In this document: one piece after another, positions 28,320 to 39,100 of the stretch | Layout of the letters: each line of letters starts with the position of its first letter | Numbering within the stretch: the first letter of the stretch is position 1 | Assembly (NCBI GenBank): GCA_036835125.1 | Contig: DAITMO010000001.1 | Span: 702,216 to 766,215, forward strand | Length of the DNA: 64,000 nucleotides | Source: Patescibacteria group bacterium | GTDB taxonomy: Bacteria; Patescibacteriota; Microgenomatia; UBA8517 | Reading direction: 5' to 3' | Program-made: the position numbers and the translations under genes | The notes under the pieces: generated by a model | The model's database searches: none | Told to the model about the DNA's origin: nothing | Seen by the model: the letters and a program-made list of their open reading frames with translations, nothing else

Positions 28320-29771
28320 TTGTTGCTGATGAAAAAGGATAAAATCTGGAAAAGTACTATAGCTGCCTCTATATTTTTATTGGCTTTCTATTTTTTAGTT
28401 ATCTATCCTTCTAAATCCAATGCTTCAACCTTAACTTCTGCTTCAGCAGCCCTTAGTAATCCTAGACTTTCATTTAGAGCTCTTTCTTCTGCAGGTTCAT
28501 CTGGCACATCATCAATAACCATAAGTTCATCTACAAGCTACCCCGATTTCAACACAAACAATCTTTTTGGTGGAGACAATGTTTGTTTTACAAATGAAGG
28601 ATTGGATGGTTGTATTGGAGACACTTATTATTCAGTGGCCACAATTTCAGGAGCAACCACTTTTAGTGTTTCATCTCCTCTTACGAATGATGTTGATGCT
28701 TCAGGTTATGCTATAGCAACCCAATCAGGAAATCTAACTCTAACATTTACACTTGTCAGTGCAATACCTGCAGGTGGAGATATTCTGATAAGAATTCCTG
28801 TTGCATCAACTGGAGACACTAATGATGGATTTCCAGACACAGGAACAACAAACACTACAAACGGGTTTGATTTTAATAAACTAGAGCCCACTAGTGTTCA
28901 GGTCACTACAAGCGGAGGAACTTGTTCAGATGGGTGGGATACTCCTGTTGTTGCATCCGCTAGTGGAACCATAACAATAACAAAATCGACTTCTGTTTGT
29001 ACAGGATCGACTGTGACAATTGTTGTTCCAAATTTAGTAAACCCAACCCCCTACATAACAAACCATACTCAAGGAACTGCTGATACCTATAAAATAGGAA
29101 TAATAACCAGAGATGGGTCAGATAATCAACTTGATACTACAAATGTAATGGTTGCTCCTATTGAAGGAGTTTTTGTTTCAGCAACAGTTGATCAAACTCT
29201 TTCTTTTACAGTTGAAGGGGTTGACACCGGTCAAACCGCCTGTGGAGCAACAACAAATGTTGGAACAACTGCTTTTGCCGTTCCTTGGGGAACCCTCGCC
29301 GTTGCCAACCAATTCTCAAATGCCGCTCAACTTCTAACAGTATCAACGAACGCAGCTAGTGGCTACACTGTAGTTGTTGAACAAAATGATCAAATGGGCT
29401 TAAACGGTAAAGTTTGTACAGGAGCGGCAGGAGAATCTGACAATTGTATTGAAGATACAACTTGTGATGGAGCAAGCTGTAACTATGCAAACTATGGAGA
29501 TTGGGCAACTGCTACAAATAACGGACTCGGGTACTCTCTAGCAAGTGTCTCAGGAACTCCTGCAAAATTCTATTGGGGTGGAGCTAGCTATTTCTACGCA
29601 AGAAGCTTCCCTGATCAGGAAGATTCTCAAGCAAAACAAACAATACTTGAGGCTTCTTCCCCTGTTTCTGAAGATCAAGCAAATGTGTGTTTTAGGATTT
29701 CAATCTCAGCGACTCAACCTGCAGGATACTACTATAACAAAGTTAAATACACAGCAACTGCAAGGTTTTAA
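28320..29771 (+). CDS. Ser/Thr-rich secreted surface protein (WxL-like C-terminus, paralogue of 26507 gene)
   Basis: 483 aa; signal anchor, S/T-rich low-complexity N-half, AVPWGTLAV motif, C-terminus ...AGYYYNKVKYTATARF. Confidence 0.5.
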   Translation: MLLMKKDKIWKSTIAASIFLLAFYFLVIYPSKSNASTLTSASAALSNPRLSFRALSSAGSSGTSSITISSSTSYPDFNTNNLFGGDNVCFTNEGLDGCIGDTYYSVATISGATTFSVSSPLTNDVDASGYAIATQSGNLTLTFTLVSAIPAGGDILIRIPVASTGDTNDGFPDTGTTNTTNGFDFNKLEPTSVQVTTSGGTCSDGWDTPVVASASGTITITKSTSVCTGSTVTIVVPNLVNPTPYITNHTQGTADTYKIGIITRDGSDNQLDTTNVMVAPIEGVFVSATVDQTLSFTVEGVDTGQTACGATTNVGTTAFAVPWGTLAVANQFSNAAQLLTVSTNAASGYTVVVEQNDQMGLNGKVCTGAAGESDNCIEDTTCDGASCNYANYGDWATATNNGLGYSLASVSGTPAKFYWGGASYFYARSFPDQEDSQAKQTILEASSPVSEDQANVCFRISISATQPAGYYYNKVKYTATARF

Positions 29772-29812
29772 AAGTCAAAGCATAAAAAATAATTTAATAT
29801 AAAAAACTGCCC

Positions 29813-30904
29813 ATGATAAACAATAATCAACAAATAAAAGTAGGTAAAATAAAATTGTCTTCTCTATTAACGGTTTTTCTATTTGTTTTTTCTTTTGTTT
29901 ATCTATCCAATCCTTCTTCAATTAGTGCTCAATCAATTATTCCTCTTATTGTTGCACCAGCTAGGCAGTCAATTGAGGCAGACCCTGGCAAGTCTGTTAA
30001 TTTTTCAGTACGTTTTTATAACACCTCAGAGGAACCCATCTCAGGAATATTCAAGGCTTCCGATTTTATTGTGAGTGATAACCTTGGTACTCCCCAATTT
30101 TTAGAAGGCCCAACTGTTTTGTCTGATAAATTTGCAGCAGCCAAATGGACAACATTAAGTATAGAAAAAGGAACAATTTCAGGAGGTGGAATGATTACGG
30201 TCAATGGAACAGTAAGTCTTCCAGAGAATGCTTCTCCAGGCGGAAAATATTTTGCAGTATTTTTTGAACCAGACGTAAGTTTGCCATCAGAAAATGGTGA
30301 GCCTCAACAGGAAGCTTCTCTTGTTTCAACAAGGATCGCAGGACTCATATATTTAAGAGTGTCGGGACCAATCTCTGAAAGCGCAAGTATTGTGAAGTTT
30401 GTTTCTCCAAGCTTTTCTGAATATGGACCAATTACAATCACAACTGAGGTTAAAAATGGTGGAGTCTACCACATCTCTCCAACAGGACAAATCACAATTA
30501 AAAACATTTTTGGGAAAGACGTATCAAAAATAAAAGTAGAAGGCTTTAATATATTTCCTGAGGCTTCCCGTGTAATTGAGGCAAAAGCAGGAGAAAAATG
30601 GATGATAGGAAGGTTTAGTGCAGAGCTTAATCTGTCATACGGAGAGACCGGGAAGATACTCTCCTCTACCCTCTATTTCTGGGTATTTCCTTGGAAACTT
30701 GCTCTCATAATCGCCCTAGGAATTGCAATCATAATTCTTGTTATCAGCATGATTACTAATAGGTTCATTAAAAAAGAAAAGAAACTTGAAGAAGCTTTGG
30801 AAGAAGAAAAAGATGAACTTCAAAAATTAAAAGAAAAATACCAGGACTTAATGAGCTCACACTTTGGATCTACCCCTGATGACCCCGATACACCTAAAGA
30901 GTAA
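29813..30904 (+). CDS. Cell-surface protein with signal peptide and C-terminal TM anchor plus coiled-coil tail (DUF916-like topology)
   Basis: 363 aa; IIPLIVAPARQSIEADPGKSVNFSVRFYNTSEEP block parallels the 27291 gene; C-terminal TM LALIIALGIAIIILVISMI then charged helical tail. Confidence 0.5.
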   Translation: MINNNQQIKVGKIKLSSLLTVFLFVFSFVYLSNPSSISAQSIIPLIVAPARQSIEADPGKSVNFSVRFYNTSEEPISGIFKASDFIVSDNLGTPQFLEGPTVLSDKFAAAKWTTLSIEKGTISGGGMITVNGTVSLPENASPGGKYFAVFFEPDVSLPSENGEPQQEASLVSTRIAGLIYLRVSGPISESASIVKFVSPSFSEYGPITITTEVKNGGVYHISPTGQITIKNIFGKDVSKIKVEGFNIFPEASRVIEAKAGEKWMIGRFSAELNLSYGETGKILSSTLYFWVFPWKLALIIALGIAIIILVISMITNRFIKKEKKLEEALEEEKDELQKLKEKYQDLMSSHFGSTPDDPDTPKE

Positions 30905-30992
30905 ACTTGATTAGGAAGTCCCAAGAACATACAATTTTCTTAATGTATTTTTTATTGAAAAAAATACAAAAAAGTAAATTACATTAAAACGT

Positions 30993-31991
30993 ATGTCACA
31001 TAAAAAAAATACAAAGATACTCTTCTTATTAATTACTGCACTGGGTGTATTTATACTCTATCTTGTAACCTCACTAAATCAATTTAGAAGCCACTCTTTG
31101 GTGGAAGGCGAATCAACTATTGTATCTGATGATATAACTGTTTCAGCGACCATTGGAACAACTGCAAAAATGATTGTTGAGGGATATGCTCCGTCCTCTT
31201 CAAAAGTAATATTAACTGGTGAAGGAATCTTTGAAGAAAGAAGTGCAGAAGTCAGTGGATGGTTTTCATTTGATAATATTCATAAAACAGGAAGTACAGA
31301 TGAGTATCCTGAGCTTTGTCTCATCGCCTACTTAGGAAATTTATCTACTCAACCAACATGTCTTCCTTCTCTTCCCGGAGGAAATAATAGCTATAATATT
31401 GGCCCAGTAATTCTTTCCCCCATAATTTCAATTGAACAAAATGTATTTCTACTCGGAACCCAAGTAGCCCTAAATGGAACAACAATTCCCAACACTCCTG
31501 TAAACATATATTTTGCAGAAAATAGTAGCGCTCTTGCCTTAGTACAAAAAGCTCTTGCATATAATATTCCTGCATATCAAGTAGAGTCAGATAGTAAAGG
31601 AGACTTCCAGCTAAACTTGCCTTCCAATACCATTGCCAAATGGAAAGTATATGCAGCAACTACCTATCTAGATTCATCCTCTCCCAAGAGTAATACCTTA
31701 AATTTCACTGTCCAAAATAATATTAGTTACTATCTTAAAAAGGTCTATGAAACAATAGTAAAAACAACAACCATTATTACCTCTGTTGTTACCGCTAAAA
31801 CAGATGAAGAAGTTCGTCAAGAAAATACAGAAAGATTAACAAATATTCCTATTGAAAAAATTAATATACTTAGATCTAAAATGCCATATTTTGTTATGGT
31901 TTTAGAAGGACTAATACTAGTTCTTTTAATAGTCTTTATAGTCATAAGAAAGAAGAAAAAAAGAAAGAAAAAGGATGTTAATCAAAAGTAA
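30993..31991 (+). CDS. Surface protein with N-terminal signal anchor and C-terminal TM plus poly-Lys tail
   Basis: 332 aa; C-terminus MPYFVMVLEGLILVLLIVFIVIRKKKKRKKKDVNQK; A8 tract in codons 3-6. Confidence 0.45.
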   Translation: MSHKKNTKILFLLITALGVFILYLVTSLNQFRSHSLVEGESTIVSDDITVSATIGTTAKMIVEGYAPSSSKVILTGEGIFEERSAEVSGWFSFDNIHKTGSTDEYPELCLIAYLGNLSTQPTCLPSLPGGNNSYNIGPVILSPIISIEQNVFLLGTQVALNGTTIPNTPVNIYFAENSSALALVQKALAYNIPAYQVESDSKGDFQLNLPSNTIAKWKVYAATTYLDSSSPKSNTLNFTVQNNISYYLKKVYETIVKTTTIITSVVTAKTDEEVRQENTERLTNIPIEKINILRSKMPYFVMVLEGLILVLLIVFIVIRKKKKRKKKDVNQK

Positions 31992-32658
31992 CGGTTACTT
32001 TTTGCGATAAAGATGATCCTCCAACCCCTGCTCCTATTTCATACCTACCGTCTGTTCCTGCAGCAAGATCAAATATGGCTCTACCCATTGAATCTGTTGT
32101 TGCCTGAACCGAAGTCACAGCCAGTAAATCTACTCCCGATAAACTAACAACCTTCCCTGAAACACCAGCTCCAGTGCCATCTAAAATGAATACCGTAACT
32201 CTAATTTTTTCTACATTACCAGTAGCTGCACTCAAAGGAGACGCAAACATATATGAGTTTTCAATTGCAACAGAAGTAGGTGCACTTGTAGGAGTAGCTG
32301 TACTTACTGGAATAGCAATTGTAGAAGAAGTTGTACTAGTTTCAGATGTTGTAGCACTTGTTGTTGCAACTTCAGGAGTTGAGGTCGGTAAAACTGACAC
32401 TAGAGGCTTAGGCGATGATATATTACCCAATTCTCCCGGTAACAATTCCGAAGCAAAATTAAAAAAAGATGTTCTTGTTCCAAGTAAGTAAATTGAAAGA
32501 ACAAGAAATCCTGATAAAAGTAATAGTAGAATAACAGATAATAGTATCGAACGCTTCTTTGGCTTTTCTTCCTTCATACTTGATTGGCCACTACTCACAA
32601 TGTTATATTCGGTAAAAGGATCCACTGGCATATAAGTATAAATTGGCACATTTAGCAC
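31978..32658 (-). CDS. Membrane-anchored Thr/Ser-rich protein with C-terminal Ig-like/carboxypeptidase-regulatory-like beta domain
   Basis: 226 aa; N-terminal TM, TS-rich linker, C-terminal beta-rich domain (VTVFILDGTGAGVSGKVVSLSG...); convergent, 14-bp overlap with upstream gene. Confidence 0.4.
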   Translation of the reverse strand: MLNVPIYTYMPVDPFTEYNIVSSGQSSMKEEKPKKRSILLSVILLLLLSGFLVLSIYLLGTRTSFFNFASELLPGELGNISSPKPLVSVLPTSTPEVATTSATTSETSTTSSTIAIPVSTATPTSAPTSVAIENSYMFASPLSAATGNVEKIRVTVFILDGTGAGVSGKVVSLSGVDLLAVTSVQATTDSMGRAIFDLAAGTDGRYEIGAGVGGSSLSQKVTVTFD

Positions 32659-33102
32659 AAAAAATCAACTTCCTATATACATCAAAAACGAAGTGCCGAA
32701 AGTTCGGTATAAAACAACTCCTAAAATATCTAGCAGATAAGAAGTCTGGTTGCCAAAAAATAGCCTCATAGTAAATTTACCTCACATATAAAACAGCCGA
32801 TCATTTTGATATATTTAATATGATCTATAGTTAATTGATAATTTAGATACATGCTTGTTCTCCGTAACATTATTAACATAGAAATAATTACCGCAATTTA
32901 CCGCATAAAAATAATCGAGGCTAAATTTTTGATCTAAAATATCCAAAAATAGGTCTTATGGGTTACTAATATTTCTATGAAAATGAGTGAAACAAGCGTA
33001 AATAATATGCGGTAAATAAATTACAGGTGCTGTGAAAGAGTCTCAAACTTATTGACTGTCATGTATCAATAATTGATTTACACACTTTATATAAAAGGCT
33101 AT

Positions 33103-33140
33103 TGACAGGCTATCTTCCCTTTATAATAATGTATAATATA
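33103..33140 (+). promoter_or_regulatory. Candidate sigma-70-type promoter for the giant gene
   Basis: TTGACA at 33103-33108 with AT-rich -10-like hexamers (TATAAT/AATAAT) 14-24 nt downstream, about 35-60 nt before the ATG at 33172. Confidence 0.3.
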
Positions 33141-33171
33141 TATAATCCGTATAATCTAGCCTCAATTCAAA

Positions 33172-36100
33172 ATGTTTACTACTGCCGATAAAACCATCAA
33201 AAAATTTATAGAAAATCTTATTCTTCAAGGTAAGAGTAAAGTGTCAATAAAAAACTACAAGTCAGATATTGGTCACTTTTTAGCTTGGATTACACTAAAG
33301 CTTAAAACTCTTGGTACCTACATTGAAGAGGCTTCTGAGATTACCCCTTTTGTAAGCGGTGACATTTTTAACGAATACAAAAACTACATGGTTGATAACA
33401 AGGTAAAAATTAAGACAGCCAATAGACGTCTTTCAACACTACGTAATTTCTCCCGATTCCTCCACTCTGAGGGTTTAACAGATTTTGATTTTATGCAAGG
33501 AATTCAGAATCTTGGAATTGGTGAAGGTAAAACTGTGCAGAAAATAGCCACAGACATTATCGGTAATTTCAGAGATTCCTTAATTACTCAAAAAGTTTCC
33601 CCCAACACCATCAAAAACTATGCTTCCGATATACGAAGTTTTATAGATTGGGCAGGGAAAAAGTCTATTGCCAAAATTGGATCAAACCATATAAAAACCT
33701 ATCGCGAAGAAGTATTAAAAAGCTCTACAGCCTCAACTTTTGACAGAAAAGTATCTTCTCTTAAAAAGTTTTTTGATTGGGCAAGAATAGAAGGACATAC
33801 AGACGGAAATCCAATTGAGGATTTTTTAAAGGAGGAGGCTAAAACGATTCAAGTAAAACTTGGTAAGATTGAAAAAGAAAGAAAAGCAATTAGCCAATCA
33901 TATAATTCCTTTCAGGCACGTATTATCGCAAAACTTGCGGTAAAACCAAGATTACAGAAGTTCTTCTATCACCTTTTCTACACCCGTCCCGAATGGTACA
34001 AAAAATATCACACACTTCCAATTGCAAGCTACTTTAATTATGGAATATTAATCCTTCTCATGTCCGCACTTGGCTTTGGAGTGTATAATCAATTTTTCAA
34101 AGCTACATCAGATTCTCTTGCTTACCCAACAACACTAACTAAAGCGGGTAGATATCTATCTTTTCAAGGAAGACTCACAAGTAAACTTGGAAATCCAATC
34201 ACAACTGCAACAAATTTAGATTTTAAGCTGTATGATGCCTCTACATCTGGTTCCCTTCTCTGGGATTCAAACACTTGTTCTATAACTCCTGACACTGATG
34301 GAATATTTTCTACACTTCTCGGAGATTCTTGTGGAGATGAAATAGGAAGTGATGTTTTTAGTGAAAATGCAGAAGTATGGCTTGGTGTGACGGTTGGATT
34401 AGACGCTGAAGCAACTCCTAGAGTACAAATTGCAACTGTAGCCTATGCCCTAAACTCAGAGACACTTCAAGGATATCCTGCAAGTGAATCAGCAACAGCC
34501 AATACAGTTCCTGTAATGAATAGTAGCGGACAACTAGTACTTGCATACTCTTCCCCCAAAATTCAATCTACAAGCGGAACTTTTGCAATTGAAGGGCAAG
34601 CAACAACAATTTCAACAGCAAACACTTCAAATGGATCAATAACTATCAATCCAGATGGAACTGGAACACTTAACTTAACTTTTGAGGGTGCTGCTCCAGG
34701 TGGTTCTGCTAACGGTTTTGTAAACGCCACAAATGCAAACTTAACAAGTGGAGCTCTTTACTATGGTGAAGTTGCAAGTGATGCTTCAGGCTATAACCTC
34801 ATACAACTTGCAAGCGGTTCAACACCCACTGATAAATTTACAATAAGCTCGGCAGGAAACTTGGTAGCAGCAGGAACAATAAATGGACTAGGAGTAAGCT
34901 CAGGAACAATAAGTAGTGGAACCTGGAATGGAACAGCAATTGGAACTCAGTATGGTGGTACAGGACAAAACTGGAGTGCAGTTTCTCAAGGCTCACTTCC
35001 CTATTTTAATGGAGCCGGAACAATGGCAACTCTTGACCCTGCCACTTCAGGATATGTTCTAACAACCCAAGGAGCAGGAGCAAATCCAACATGGACGGAC
35101 CCTACTACCCTTGGAACAAATTATTGGCAACTTGCAAATCATGTTCTTACTCCAGCCAATGCTTTAGATTATGATCTTGCAGTCGGTGGAAACTCAACAG
35201 CCAGTGCTAAATTCCAGGTGTTTGCAGGAAGCGGGAACATATTAACATCCGGAACAGCTTCAATTTCAGGAAATTTGACACTTGGAAACGGAAGTGCGCT
35301 TCAATCAGCATACGGACCACTCACACTAAATTATAAATCAGGAGCAGATGCCTATACTGCAGGATTAACTCTCACAGATTCTGGATATATAGGAATTGGA
35401 ACTGTAAATCCTGTAGCTAAAGTTTCTATCGTAAGTCCAGGTGATAGTGGCATTAATATGGGTGGCTACTTTGGGTCCGGATATGGAGCTATTTCACTAA
35501 ATAATACAGCTGATTCTACCAATTATAATTTACTATCAGGAAATAGCAGTACTGACAATTCACTTTATCTAAATAGAACTTCGGGAGGGTCAATACACTT
35601 CCGTGAAGCAAATGGAACTTCTCAAATGATAATTGCTTCTGGTGGAAATGTTGGAATAGGAACAGTGTCTCCCACTGCCAAGTTGGATGTAAATGGAAAT
35701 CTAAATATTAGTGGATATGCAACAGCTTCAGCTTCTTTGGCACTTGGTAATACTATAGCAGCAGAAGGACCAGGACACCTTAATATGAGTGGAAATTTAA
35801 CTGCTCTTGGAACTATAAACGGTCTTTCAGTTTCTTCTGGGACAATCTCTTCTGGTACTTGGAATGGAACAGCAATTGGAACTCAGTATGGTGGTACAGG
35901 GGCAGATAACTCAGCTGTTGCACAGTATTCTATCCCCTATTATTCAGCTATTGGAACTTTAGGAGGAGCAGTTTCTCCAGGAACTGCAGGTTATGTTCTT
36001 TCAACAAATGGTGCAGGAGGAGCTCCAACCTGGATCGAAATGAGTGCAGTAAGTGGAGACAACTATTGGCAACTAAACAACAAAATATTATCTCCCGCTA

Positions 36101-39100
36101 ATTCTACATTTGATTTGGTAATTGGAGGAACAGCCACAGGAAGTGCATTTCAAGTCTTTGGACAGGAACTTGCAGCAGGAAATGTGCAGAAGATTACAAG
36201 TTCGGGAGTTACGACTGGTGATGTACTCTCACTAAACTCTACTGCTCTAACAACAGGATCTCTTCTTTACCTTGCTAACAATACAGCAAATAATGCCTAT
36301 TTAATAAAAGCCCAAGCAGGATCCTCTCTTACCGATAGAATGACATTGGACTCTTCCGGATATTTAAAGGTATATGATACAAGTGGATCCAAATATGTCC
36401 AAATAAGACATGATGGAACAAACGGACAAATATCTGCAAGCAGTGGTAATCTTGAACTTGGAAGTGGAGCAGGAAATATGGTTATTGGAGATTCTTCAAA
36501 TGCTGTGAATATTCATTTTGGATATACAGCAGCTCCTGTAGCAATTGAGGGTGAAGCCGGAACTGTAATTAACTTCACACAAGCAGGAGATATAACTCCA
36601 GCAGCTGATGCAACCTATGACTTAGGGGCATCCGGAACCGCCTGGGCAAATATATATGGAACTTCTGTATATCAGGGAGCCTATCAGGTTTGTGATGTTT
36701 CAGGAAATTGCTTGGGAACTGCCGGAGGAAGTAAATGGAAAAGCAATTATGGGGCCATTTCCCCATTCACCGATGATTTAGATGTTCTTATTGGTTCTTC
36801 CGCTACCACTTCTGCAAAATTTGCGTTCATAAATGTGGGAGAAGGTTTACCAACTGCGTCAATTTCTGGAACAACAGCTAACGTAAACACATTTTTAACT
36901 GGAGAGGGAAATCTTGGAGTAACAAATATGGCACACTTGACTCTGGGTGGAGCAACAACAGGACAAGTTGATGTAAGTAATGATTTAAATTTGGCTGACA
37001 GTAAAGGATTAAAAATCAATAACAATTCCATACTTACTTCAACTGCACTCGGATCAACAGTGGTGGGGTCTTCCTTAACCAGTGTTGGAGCACTAACTGC
37101 AGGAAGCATAGGAGGTAGTTTTGGAAGTATCAATGTTGGAAACACAATCACAGGAACAACAATAAACGGAACAACTGGTATTAATACAGGAGCCTCTGCC
37201 GGAACACAAAGAATTGATGCTTCTGGAAACCTAACAAATATTGGTACTACACAATTCCATGGAGTTACTTACACATGGCCGGCGGCAGACGCGGCAAATC
37301 CTGGTTATGTTCTAGCATCCAATGGATCAGGAGGTCTCTCTTGGGAAGCCCCTTCAGGGGGTGGCGGATCCTGGACAATAGGTTCAAACGGTGTAATTTA
37401 TCCAAATAACTTCACGGCAGATGTGGTAATTGGAGCAACAGCAACAACCAGTGCAAAATTTGCGTTTATGAATGTTTTAACAGGAACACCAACTGCTTCA
37501 ATTTCGGGATCAACCGCAAATGTCGCTACATTTGTTGATGGAAACGGAAACATATCAACAACCAACAGACAAGACCTTGTCATAGGAAACTCCACAGCCT
37601 ATGACACAACAGGAAATATTCTCCTAAATCCAAATGGAACAGGAAGAGTCGGAATTGGTACAACTTCTCCAACATACACCCTTGATGTAGTTGGTAATAT
37701 AGGACTTGATCAATATTTATATCACAATGATGACACTAATACTTATCTAAACTTCGAGGCAGATAGGTTACGAGGTTATATTGGAGGCGAATATTTACTT
37801 GATCTTTATGAAGGTACTCAAGATTATGTCAAGTTGGGTGACAATGGAGATGTTGATATAAATTTAAACAACATGCTTTTTGTTGAAGGAAGCTCTGGTA
37901 AGGTTGGAATTGGAACAATAACTCCTACTAATAGACTTTCAATTGTCGCTACATCTGCAAACTCCACAGGTATGGCAGCACTACTAATTGATCAATATGA
38001 AGACCAGGATATTTTTACAGCTTCAGCTTCAGGTCAAACAAAAATGAAACTTGCTAATGACGGTACTCTTTCTCTTTACAACGCAACTTCCTCTATAACA
38101 AACACTGCAGGTGACATAACGCTTGACGCTGCAAGTGATTTTATATCTTTCTCTGGAGATAGCCTTGGAAACATTTTGGATTTATCTATTACAGGAGTAC
38201 TAAATGCTGGAACTTCAGCTGGTGGAGTATATAATTCTTTGGCTGGAGCATCAGACTCCCCTGCCTCTACCGCAATTGCTTCAGGAAACGATCTTTTTGT
38301 TGGAGGAGATATTGAAATAAAAGGAGGTCTATATCTCACAGGACACAATATTTTTAATGTTGTAAGTGGAGTTTCAACTGGTACTATCACTTTTGCTGCA
38401 GATCCAACTCTAGTAAATAGTTATAACGCTTTGAGCTATGGTTCTTGGCTTGTAAACAACAGTGTTAACGATGGAATTGCCTCTCTAATGGTAAATCAAG
38501 CTAAAGCCGGAGATGTTTTTACAGCAAGTGTATCAGGTACAACCAAATTCACAATTCACAATGACGGAAGTTTATATCTTGCTGGTTCAGCATCTGCTCC
38601 AACAGCAAATACCACAGCAGGAACCATATATTTTGATACAGACACTGTGACAGGTTCTGGCACAACAGGAAGTTTATTTATTAGAGGAGAAGATGACGCT
38701 TGGCATAGACTTGCAATGGACATGACTTCATATGCCTCAAGTAGTGCAAACATTGCAAATGGAAGTTATGTTGAAGTTGCTCATAATCAAGATACAAATG
38801 ATATTTCAATTACAGGCTGGTTCTATGACACGATATCTTCTACATGGAAAAATATTTCAGAATTTACTCACAGCATAATTCAAAACTTGCAAAACCAGTT
38901 TGATGAAGAAGGAAATAGCAAAATTAGAACAACGACAAAACTTACAAATATTGAGCTATCTCAATCTATCAATACTGGTACAGGAAGTGATGGAGCAATC
39001 ACAGTTTCAGGAAGTGTTAGTATCAACGATACAGATTTAATTTCTGATAGATCATGTAGTGATGGTGGAGATGCTGTAAATTATTCAATAACAACATTAA

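Noticed and set aside
27291-31991. Sortase (LPXTG) anchoring of the C-terminally anchored surface proteins
   Set aside because: No LPXTG/LPXTA-like pentapeptide precedes the C-terminal TM segments; topology fits simple TM anchoring (DUF916-like) instead
33172-34020. Possibility that the integrase-like N-terminus marks a mobile element (tyrosine recombinase gene)
   Set aside because: Only the core-binding domains are present, twice; no RHRY catalytic domain follows; the frame continues uninterrupted into a TM helix and 2900 aa of ectodomain, and no att-like repeats were seen
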